Assembly (NCBI GenBank): GCA_964558645.1 | Contig: CAZLEV010000020.1 | Coordinates: 5,170 to 47,377, forward strand | Origin: an uncultured archaeon | Lineage (GTDB): Archaea > Asgardarchaeota > Thorarchaeia > Thorarchaeales > Thorarchaeaceae | Length of the DNA: 42,208 nt | Direction of reading: 5' to 3' | Part shown: one piece after another, positions 27,507 to 35,789 of the stretch | Layout of the letters: each line of letters opens with the position of its first letter | Position numbering within the stretch: position 1 is the first letter of the stretch | The notes under the pieces: generated by a model | What the model saw: the letters and a program-made list of their open reading frames with translations, nothing else | Told to the model about the DNA's origin: nothing | The model's database searches: none | Translations under genes and position numbers: made by a program

Positions 27507-28840
27507 CTACAATGAAACGAGTGTTATGCCTAGGTGCTGGTCTGGTTGCAAGACCCTATGTACAGTATCTTTCTGGTAGAGGATATCATGTAACCGTGGC
27601 CAGTCGGACTGAGAAGAAAGCAGAGAAGCTCATACGTGAGTGTGCCAACACAGAAGCTGTGAGATTTGACATAAGTAAAGATGACGAGCTCCTGAACAAG
27701 TTGATATCAGAGGCTGACTTGGTCTGTTCACTCCTTCCCTATACATTCCATGTCAAAGCTGCAAAGGTTGCACTGAAATATGGAAAGCATTTCTGCACAA
27801 CCTCCTACATCTCTGAAGATATGCAGAACCTTGATGCGCCTGCTAAGGAGGCTGGAGTGCTACTTCTCAATGAATGTGGAGTCGACCCTGGCATTGATCA
27901 CATGAGTGCTATGAAGATTATTGACGACGCTCATGAGAATGGCGGTGAAATAATCAGTTTCACTTCGTTCACAGGGGGGCTTCCCGCACCAGATGCCAAC
28001 AACAATCCCTTCGGGTACAAGCTATCGTGGAGTCCGCGAGGAGTCTTACTCGCCGGAAGAAACGATGCACACTTTCTAAAAGACGGAGAAGAGGTGACCA
28101 TTTCTGGTAAGGATCTCTTTGATAACTGCAGAATCATAGAAGTCCCAGGCATGGGTCAATTCGAGGGATATCCCAATCGTGACAGTATGTCATACATTCG
28201 TATCTATGACATCCCAGAAACACAGACTATGCTACGCGGCACTTATCGCAATGTGGGCTGGTGTTCTACACTCAAGAAGATTGCAGACCTCGGCCTGCTT
28301 TCTCTCAACGAAGAGTCATTCAAAGGGGTGACATACTCTCAGATGCTTCGCGATGCGATAGGGTCTGATGAAGGCAACATACGCCTAGCGGTAGCCAAAG
28401 AGATTGATGTGGATTCAGATAGCCCCATCCTAGATCGACTTGAATGGCTGGGACTATTCTCGGGCATCAAAATACCTGAGGATATTGACACCAGACTTGA
28501 TGCTCTTTGCCATCTCTTTGTAGATAAGATGCAATATGCACCTGGAGAACGTGATATGATTATAATGCATCACGAGTTCGTAATCCAGTATCCAGATAGG
28601 AAGGAGAAAGTCACATCAACATTGGTTGACTATGGAATTCCTGACGGAGACAGTTCTATGTCTAGGACGGTTGCCTTGCCCGTGGCAATTGCCAGCCGTA
28701 TGATTCTGGAAGGAACAATCGATGTCACAGGGGTACACAGACCAGTCATTCCCAACTTTTACAATCCAATATTGGATGAACTTGAGGAATTAGGCATCGA
28801 GTTCGAAGAAAAACGGAGTGTGATAGATACTGAAACATAG
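27503..28840 (+). CDS. Saccharopine dehydrogenase (Glu-forming), Lys9/AASS C-terminal-like
   Basis: LGAGLV, SLLPY, TTSY, NECGVDPGIDH, GGLPAP, GYKLSWSPRG, YPNRDS, MSRTV. Confidence 0.92.
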   Translation: MTTMKRVLCLGAGLVARPYVQYLSGRGYHVTVASRTEKKAEKLIRECANTEAVRFDISKDDELLNKLISEADLVCSLLPYTFHVKAAKVALKYGKHFCTTSYISEDMQNLDAPAKEAGVLLLNECGVDPGIDHMSAMKIIDDAHENGGEIISFTSFTGGLPAPDANNNPFGYKLSWSPRGVLLAGRNDAHFLKDGEEVTISGKDLFDNCRIIEVPGMGQFEGYPNRDSMSYIRIYDIPETQTMLRGTYRNVGWCSTLKKIADLGLLSLNEESFKGVTYSQMLRDAIGSDEGNIRLAVAKEIDVDSDSPILDRLEWLGLFSGIKIPEDIDTRLDALCHLFVDKMQYAPGERDMIIMHHEFVIQYPDRKEKVTSTLVDYGIPDGDSSMSRTVALPVAIASRMILEGTIDVTGVHRPVIPNFYNPILDELEELGIEFEEKRSVIDTET

Positions 28841-28951
28841 AGCACTTAGGGTACATCAACACCTACAGGAAACTTGGACGGAGTTGGACCTTTCAGCGTA
28901 AGAGTCTCTATCCTCCAGCCAGTGACTGAAACGGTGATTGCGTAGCACATA

Positions 28952-29584
28952 CTATTCAAATTGAATCTCAATAGCTGCAAGTATCTCTTCTGCCCGTTGA
29001 GTTTCACTCTGCACCTCGTCCAGCTCAGTTCTCAATCTATAGGTATAACCGGACCTATTACCGAACCTCTCAAGATGACCCTTGCCCCTGTCCCACATCC
29101 TTGCTAAGTATGTAGAGGCTGTACTCTTTGGCAAATCCTCGCCAAATGTCCCCTCATATATCTCTGTAACATCCAATGAGGAGAACTTGCCGTGCTTGAA
29201 TGATGCATAAATGATCATCTGCATTTTCTCGAAATTACTCATAGATTCAGGGCTCACTTTCTCAAACGAAAGAGTGTGTTCTTCCCGAGAGACAGGTGAT
29301 AGCGTCTGGCCGGTCGTTGTTTCAAGAAAAACACGGAACTTTGCAAGCATTTCATCAACGGTGCCTTTCACCTGAAAGCTCGACTCTTCTCGTGTCGCTT
29401 CATTAGAGATTACGATTTTGAAATCAAATGGCGACTCGGTCATTGCAAGGATCTTCTTGAATCTTGTCAATGCCTCATCTGGTGTAACATACTTGCATTG
29501 AAAAATCTCGTCTAGGCCTGGAGCGGAGCTATAAGTGAATTCATAGATGAAACCAGTTCGTTCACTTCCCAAAATGCATTCCAC
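28952..29584 (-). CDS. Protein with C-terminal winged-helix DNA-binding domain
   Basis: FSSLDVTEIYE...PKSTASTYLARM...LERFGNRSGYTYRL wHTH pattern; start uncertain (GTG 29584 or TTG 29572). Confidence 0.75.
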   Translation of the reverse strand: MECILGSERTGFIYEFTYSSAPGLDEIFQCKYVTPDEALTRFKKILAMTESPFDFKIVISNEATREESSFQVKGTVDEMLAKFRVFLETTTGQTLSPVSREEHTLSFEKVSPESMSNFEKMQMIIYASFKHGKFSSLDVTEIYEGTFGEDLPKSTASTYLARMWDRGKGHLERFGNRSGYTYRLRTELDEVQSETQRAEEILAAIEIQFE

Positions 29585-29593
29585 TCCAATCTT

Positions 29594-30009
29594 CTATTCA
29601 CAAGAACATACCATTGGTAGCTAGATAAGTGTGAGTATGTGAATCGTGCATATCGAGGTAATGGCGATATATCCTCTAAGTATCAATATCAAGCTTGTCA
29701 GCCCCTTGTAATAATGAATTAGATACTAATACTGCTCTAATGCAGCATATCGACGTTTTGATGCCTTTAAATCCAAATTAAGAGCTTTCTTCCATGCTCT
29801 CTGCTATTCACAGCGATTATAATACTGTGAATAGCGATAGGGGTTATAAGACCTCTCCCAACGAATCTCCACTGGAAACGAAGGGGTGTCGCTATTCACA
29901 ATAGCTAGCGCACTTATGGGCTCCATTTGCCTCTTAGATGACGATATGACTGGTCTTTACCATAGGACATTCACAAATATGGCGCCATTCACAAATCCGT
30001 AGTGTGAAC
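29594..30009. repeat. Cluster of ATTCACA/TGTGAAT iterons
   Basis: Copies at 29594, 29638, 29803, 29825, 29891, 29968, 29986 and a variant at 30003; includes 11-bp and 12-bp perfect inverted pairs. Confidence 0.8.
29868..29887 (+). other. ORB box
   Basis: TCCACTGGAAACGAAGGGGT, 18/20 identical to each ORB at 25.6-25.7 kb. Confidence 0.82.
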
Positions 30010-30037
30010 AAGTTTCTCCGTGAGAATCTCAATGATG

Positions 30038-31057
30038 CTACATGCTGTTCTTATGTCCATATTCAAACGGAATCATGTAGTCCGTGCTTCTTTCTCCAAG
30101 AACAAACTGATTGTACTCCTTACCGCTATCCAGCTCGCTAACAAGTTCAACTACTCCATTCACTTCAACAATGCTACTCACACTAGCTTGTTCTGCAAAT
30201 CTTCCCCGAAAACTCACAATTCTCTCAACTGCTGAACAGGATTCGCAGTCAACAAGATATGCACAAGGTGTGAATATAGAATCAGAATTGTCTGTGATTC
30301 TGCAGATTTCACTTCGCAATGCCAACGGCCTATAGATTCTGTCCTCATACCCATAATCTAACTCGGATGGAAGCTTGACCAGCTTGATGTAGAAGTCCCT
30401 CTCTCTAAAGATCCCCTGCAGGTACTTCTTCTCCTCAATTCTTCCTAAAACTGCTGAATTAGAACCTATTCCTCCCCAACGGAAATTCACATGTTCACAC
30501 AGACGTCTTCCACTGTATCTTTCCACAATCCCATCTCTGAAAAGGCCATCCATTATCGAATACACCTTTCTTGCAGCGTCAGAACCATAGACAACTATAT
30601 CGATATCTGACGCATCGATACTAAGACCCAGCAGTTGAGACCCAGTGATACCTATGTCCTCCCACTCTATACCTGCTGATTCGACTATCCTGCTCACAAG
30701 CACTAGCGAATCCGACTCCAAAGCAGTCATATGATGTCCAAGGTCCCTCAATTCTCCAAGTGCATCGGTAGCTTCTAGTATGTAGGCGATATCTTTCCGT
30801 TCCACAGCCTGTAATCTGCGTCCGCGGTTCTCATCATACCATAGATACTTGGGAAATTTCTTCTCTAGATATCTCTCTCGCGCCCCTAGATCGTATATCT
30901 TCTGGTACCTCTTCCCAGAACGAGTTATCCGGTTTCCTCTTTCTGACGGTGCATATCTTAGATATGCAATCACTCTGTCTTTTGGGTGCACCAGTCCTTT
31001 TACCTCAAAAATGAGGTCCTCTCTCGTAACAAGAAAAGATCCCTCAACTAGTGGCAT
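30038..31057 (-). CDS. Predicted nucleotidyltransferase (COG1665-like)
   Basis: IFEVKGLVHP..RVIAYLRY, GITGSQL...SDIDIVVYG Pol-beta motif, SFRGRFAEQA. Confidence 0.8.
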   Translation of the reverse strand: MPLVEGSFLVTREDLIFEVKGLVHPKDRVIAYLRYAPSERGNRITRSGKRYQKIYDLGARERYLEKKFPKYLWYDENRGRRLQAVERKDIAYILEATDALGELRDLGHHMTALESDSLVLVSRIVESAGIEWEDIGITGSQLLGLSIDASDIDIVVYGSDAARKVYSIMDGLFRDGIVERYSGRRLCEHVNFRWGGIGSNSAVLGRIEEKKYLQGIFRERDFYIKLVKLPSELDYGYEDRIYRPLALRSEICRITDNSDSIFTPCAYLVDCESCSAVERIVSFRGRFAEQASVSSIVEVNGVVELVSELDSGKEYNQFVLGERSTDYMIPFEYGHKNSM

Positions 31058-31110
31058 AGTATCGCTGTCAACGATTCAGATTAAAAGGACTATGTCGTTT
31101 GTTCCAGACA

Positions 31111-32322
31111 ATGAACCCGAAATTGAATGTTCGCTCTGATTTCCCAATTCTCATGAAATACCCCGATCTGGTGTATCTCGACTCGACCAGTACGTCTTTA
31201 GTCCCCCGAGTGGCTGTCGAAGCAACAGAGAGATTCATGAAACACACACTTGTATCTTCTAGGCGTGGTGCCTATGGACTGGCAGTCGATGGTAGTAGAA
31301 TGGTAGACGATGTTCGGAAATCACTTGCAGGAACCCTAAACACCAATGACTTTCAACTCTCTTTTCAGAAATCTATCGCATCGGCTTGTGCATCATTTGC
31401 ATACGGGTACGATTGGAAATCTTCGGGAAAGAACAAGGTCGTTGTTGCACAAAGTGAGGAACATAACATCTTCGTATCACTTCTACGGGTTTGTCAGATA
31501 CTAGACCTTGAGTTCGAAATGATACCTGTTGATAACAGCGGTGTCCTGAATCTTGATGAGCTGACGAATGCGATAGACGATAGAACCGGCATTGTAGCCG
31601 TCAGTCATGTCACAACGGGTCTCGGAATCGTTAATCCTCTTCATGAAGTATCAGAAGTTACCAGAGAACACAATGCTCTTCTCCTGACAGATGCCTCTCG
31701 CTCTATCGGATTCACGGAATTCGACATAACAACCATCCCTGCAGACATCATCTTGTTCTCGGCGAATATCGGTCTACTTGCTCCTCCCGGTCTCGCGCTT
31801 CAATGGCAAGCCATCAATATCTTAGACGATTTCTTGCCCGGCATACTGGGTGGCTCAGTAGTCACAGAAGTCGGAAGAGAATCATTCCAGATATCTAGAA
31901 TACCCCACAGATTCGAACCTGATATTCTGAATCTTCCTGCAATTGCAGGTTTCGGTTCTTCCATTCAATACCTAGAGAGAATAGGCGTTGACAATGTTGT
32001 CGAATCAAACCGAGAACTTTCAACCAGAGTTTCAAGAGAGCTATCCGAAAATGAGAATATCACTCTATATGGAGAAAATCACAATCAGAGAACAATCTTT
32101 GGCTTTAATATCTTTGACGGCGATGAACTCAACTGTCATGATGCAGCTCTGCTTCTTGATCAGGCCGGTATTGCCGTAAGGACTGGATTTCTCTGTGCTC
32201 ATCCATCAATTCAGAGAATCGCACCAAATGGATTGATACAGATTTCCATTCATTTCTACAATACAGTCGAAGACATCGATTATGTCGGAGAAACACTCTC
32301 TTCAATCAGCAGGATGCTTTGA
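31111..32322 (+). CDS. SufS/cysteine desulfurase-like class V aminotransferase homologue lacking the PLP lysine
   Basis: VRSDFPIL, YLDSTSTS and VRTGFLCAHP are present, but FSANIG stands where SGHK is expected. Confidence 0.85.
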   Translation: MNPKLNVRSDFPILMKYPDLVYLDSTSTSLVPRVAVEATERFMKHTLVSSRRGAYGLAVDGSRMVDDVRKSLAGTLNTNDFQLSFQKSIASACASFAYGYDWKSSGKNKVVVAQSEEHNIFVSLLRVCQILDLEFEMIPVDNSGVLNLDELTNAIDDRTGIVAVSHVTTGLGIVNPLHEVSEVTREHNALLLTDASRSIGFTEFDITTIPADIILFSANIGLLAPPGLALQWQAINILDDFLPGILGGSVVTEVGRESFQISRIPHRFEPDILNLPAIAGFGSSIQYLERIGVDNVVESNRELSTRVSRELSENENITLYGENHNQRTIFGFNIFDGDELNCHDAALLLDQAGIAVRTGFLCAHPSIQRIAPNGLIQISIHFYNTVEDIDYVGETLSSISRML

Positions 32323-32325
32323 TCA

Positions 32326-32583
32326 TCAAAAAGTAAACGTTGGGGGATACATCACGAAGTATTGTACCACTAGGGACAACAGGATTCCGCTCAAGACCAA
32401 ACCCTTTCCCTTTCCACTGTTGATATCAGTAAACCAGAGTATTGCCCCGACAAGCACCACTATGAAACCTGATACCCTGCCGATGAATATCAGAAAGTCC
32501 CATATCTCTCCAAAATACCCTGCAATGAGAGTTGCAAAGTCCGACAGTACACTTGCCACCCAAAATGACCGAATCATCATCAT
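32326..32583 (-). CDS. Small 2-TM protein, TrbC/VirB2-pilin-like topology
   Basis: Amphipathic helix, TM, SGKGKG loop, TM; start at MMMIRSF uncertain. Confidence 0.6.
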   Translation of the reverse strand: MMMIRSFWVASVLSDFATLIAGYFGEIWDFLIFIGRVSGFIVVLVGAILWFTDINSGKGKGLVLSGILLSLVVQYFVMYPPTFTF

Positions 32584-32618
32584 TCGATGATAAGTAAAGA
32601 CAATCTCATTTAAGCCCC

Positions 32619-34442
32619 TCACAAGACAGTAACCGACTTCGCAAGATTTCTCGGTCGATCCGGGTCATACCCCTTCTTCCTGGCCATGTAATAGCTGAAT
32701 ATCTGAAGAGGCACAACATAGGGCATCACAGAGAATTGTGATGGTACACCAGGAGGGATCTCGAACACATAATCCGCCAATCCTCCGATTTCAGTGTCGC
32801 CTTTTTCGATTACCGCGATAATGTCTGCTCCCCTAGCCTTCATCTCCATAATGTTCCCAATCAGTCTACTTCTAGTATCATCTCTTGGAGCAACAAAGAC
32901 CACAGGAAATCCCTTTTCTACCAGTGCAATGGGTCCATGTTTTGATTCTCCTGCAGAATAGCCTTCTGCATGATTGTATGCTATCTCTTTCAGCTTTAAT
33001 GCCCCTTCGAATGCAGTCGCTATGGAGATTCCTCGCCCTAGGAAGAGGAAACTGGGCTTCTGATAGTATATGCTTGCGAGTCTCCTTGCCATTTCTTCGT
33101 TCCGAGTTATTACCTCCGACACAGTGTTCGGGAGTTCTTTCAGAGCCTTTTCCAGCCTCTGTAACGATTCCTCACTCACTACCTGTCTAATTCCTGCAGT
33201 AGATAGAGAGATTTGAGCAAGCGCAGTCAACTGCACCATGAAAGTCTTGGTTGCTGCCACTCCTATCTCAGGTCCGGCTTGGGTTAGCACAGTATGATCT
33301 GCAATTCGAGTAATCGAACTACCTAAGACATTCGTTACTGCGACAACCCGTGCCCCATGGGCCTTCGCATACTTCACGGCCGAAATCGTATCTGTGGTTT
33401 CACCTGACTGTGTTATTGCTATCACACAAGTATTATCAGATATCGATTCATAAACCGTATCTTCAAAGTCGCTTGCGATCTCAAACGTAGACAAGACGCC
33501 AGAAATCGATGCCAGCATATGACGGCCCGCCATTGCAGCATGTCCCGATGTTCCCATGGCAAGCAGAAAGACGTGTTTGGCGTCAGCTATAATCTGGGCT
33601 GCCCCGTCAATCATTTCCCTTCGAATATGTAGTGTACTTCTTATTGCATCAGGTTGTTCGTGAATCTCCTTGAGCATAAAATGGGGATATCCGCCTTTCT
33701 GTGCCTGATCAGCAGTCCAACTTATCTCAATTGTGTCGCGTCTAACGGTTTCTCCAGACTCCAGCTCTCGTATCTCAACACCATCTGTTTCAAGTACGGC
33801 AATCTCACCATCTAGTAGTAGAATCATGTCTTTAGTCATGGGGAGGAACGCAGGAATATCTGAAGACACATACGAGGCCCCCTCCTTTCGACCTATAACC
33901 AGAGGGTTCCCATTTCTTGTGCATACTATCTTGTTGGGTTCCTTGACATGCATCGCCACAATAGCATATGTTCCCTCAATTCGCTTTGTAACTTCAACAA
34001 GTGCCTGCTCTAAGTCTACCCCCTGTCTTATGGCATCTTCAATCAAATGAGGTATCACCTCGGTATCAGTATCAGATTCAAACGAATGACCCCTATCCTT
34101 CAGATACTGCCTTAATTCCAAGAAATTGTCTATGACTCCATTGTGTACAACTGCTATGCTCCCACTGCAATCGAAGTGTGGATGTGCATTAAATAGAGAA
34201 GGAATACCATGTGTGGCCCATCTAGTGTGACCAATACCGATATCTCCAGGCAGATTATCCAAATCAAGACGCTTGTGAACCTCGTCAATTTTGCCCTCGT
34301 CCTTCTTCGTGTGTAGTTCTCCATTTGCAATAGTGGTTATGCCCACTGAATCATAACCACGATACTCGAGGCGTTTCAGAGCTTGATGTAGAAAGGGGGC
34401 TACTTGACCGCGTTTCTGCACTACACCAATTATGCCACACAC
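32619..34442 (-). CDS. glmS: Glutamine--fructose-6-phosphate aminotransferase
   Basis: CGIIG, LEYRGYDS, GHTRWATHG, QSGET, ALKLKE, PRNLAKSVTV. Confidence 0.98.
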   Translation of the reverse strand: MCGIIGVVQKRGQVAPFLHQALKRLEYRGYDSVGITTIANGELHTKKDEGKIDEVHKRLDLDNLPGDIGIGHTRWATHGIPSLFNAHPHFDCSGSIAVVHNGVIDNFLELRQYLKDRGHSFESDTDTEVIPHLIEDAIRQGVDLEQALVEVTKRIEGTYAIVAMHVKEPNKIVCTRNGNPLVIGRKEGASYVSSDIPAFLPMTKDMILLLDGEIAVLETDGVEIRELESGETVRRDTIEISWTADQAQKGGYPHFMLKEIHEQPDAIRSTLHIRREMIDGAAQIIADAKHVFLLAMGTSGHAAMAGRHMLASISGVLSTFEIASDFEDTVYESISDNTCVIAITQSGETTDTISAVKYAKAHGARVVAVTNVLGSSITRIADHTVLTQAGPEIGVAATKTFMVQLTALAQISLSTAGIRQVVSEESLQRLEKALKELPNTVSEVITRNEEMARRLASIYYQKPSFLFLGRGISIATAFEGALKLKEIAYNHAEGYSAGESKHGPIALVEKGFPVVFVAPRDDTRSRLIGNIMEMKARGADIIAVIEKGDTEIGGLADYVFEIPPGVPSQFSVMPYVVPLQIFSYYMARKKGYDPDRPRNLAKSVTVL

Positions 34443-34538
34443 TATCGAGCACCTCAGATTAACCGGACCAATTCACCATCTAATATACTTCAAGGCCCGA
34501 GTACAAAAGGAGTTTGCGATTAATGCTCTGTCCGTTTT

Positions 34539-34850
34539 CTAACCGGTGAGCTCGATCTCGATGTATACTGAATCCGGAATTCTCACACGCATTATCTGGC
34601 GGATGGCCCTTTCGTCTGCGTCTATGTCTATCAATCTCTTATGAATACGCATTTCCCACTTATCCCAAGACTGAGAGCCCTGTCCACAAGGAGTCTTTCT
34701 TGTTGGAACAACCATTCTACGAGTAGGCAATGGGATAGGACCCGCCATCCTAACACCGGTCTTTCGAGTAATCCGTTTGATTTGATTACATACTCCGTCA
34801 AGATGCTCAGTGCTTGTACTCGACAGTCTGATTCTCGCCTTCTGAGTCAT
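34539..34850 (-). CDS. rpsJ: 30S ribosomal protein S10 (uS10)
   Basis: [32 protein letters not shown] (archaeal type). Confidence 0.97.
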   Translation of the reverse strand: MTQKARIRLSSTSTEHLDGVCNQIKRITRKTGVRMAGPIPLPTRRMVVPTRKTPCGQGSQSWDKWEMRIHKRLIDIDADERAIRQIMRVRIPDSVYIEIELTG

Positions 34851-34983
34851 ATGGTGTTTCTACTCCTTCGAATGGGTATCCACGGGGGTCAGAGGTGGTT
34901 TGGATAAAAAGGTTGTCTTATGTGTGAACGGAAGTATTTACAGACAACAACTTCCATATAGGACGGACCTTTCTATAACGAAA

Positions 34984-35787
34984 GTGCCACTATTGAAAGA
35001 CATCTGCATAGTCAAACTGGGTGGCTCGGCCATTACATTCAAGGATCTCACACCTCCCAAAACTAATGTTTCCTTACTGGAACGCGTGGCCAGAGAGCTT
35101 GCTTCATACAAAGATACATTGGTGATTGTTCTTGGTGGCGGTGCACATGGTCATCAAACGGCACACAGATTCGGCTATGGAAGCCCAGGCGCATCAATCA
35201 CGGATATTCTATCAGGCATTCCACATATCAGACACAACATGTCTGTTCTTTCTCAAGAAGTGGAAACTTACATCAACAAACACGGTCTAAACGCAGTTGT
35301 ACACCCGCCGTTCTGCAGCGTCTTGTTGCGAAACGGAAAAATCAAAGAATATCCGCTCTATCATTATAGGAAATCTCTCGAGTCTGGCCTTACTGTTCTA
35401 ACTCATGGAGATGTCTGTTTCGATATACAAAAGGGTGCTTCTATCCTTAGTGGGGACACAATAGTGACTCATCTGACAAGAAACCTGAAACCCAAGAGCG
35501 TACTCATCGGGACGGATGTCGATGGAGTGTATAAAGGAGATCCCAAGACTAATCCGGATGCTCTCTTTGTTCCGCAGCTAGACAGCTCAAACCTACATGA
35601 AGTCGTTCGCTTTGCTGGCCCATCAGGAAGTACTGATGTCACTGGCGGCATGAGGAGAAAACTAGAAGGGCTAATTGATGTTGCAAAGTACACTGAGAAG
35701 ATTGCAATATTCAACTTGGCAATGCCGGGCCGTCTTCAGGCTCTACTTCAACATAGAAAGACACGATGCACAACAGTTACTGAATGA
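34984..35787 (+). CDS. ipk: Isopentenyl phosphate kinase
   Basis: VKLGGSAITFK, GGGAHGH with IPK His, HGD, LSGD, TDVDGVY, DVTGGM; start approximate. Confidence 0.85.
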   Translation: MPLLKDICIVKLGGSAITFKDLTPPKTNVSLLERVARELASYKDTLVIVLGGGAHGHQTAHRFGYGSPGASITDILSGIPHIRHNMSVLSQEVETYINKHGLNAVVHPPFCSVLLRNGKIKEYPLYHYRKSLESGLTVLTHGDVCFDIQKGASILSGDTIVTHLTRNLKPKSVLIGTDVDGVYKGDPKTNPDALFVPQLDSSNLHEVVRFAGPSGSTDVTGGMRRKLEGLIDVAKYTEKIAIFNLAMPGRLQALLQHRKTRCTTVTE

Positions 35788-35789
35788 GA

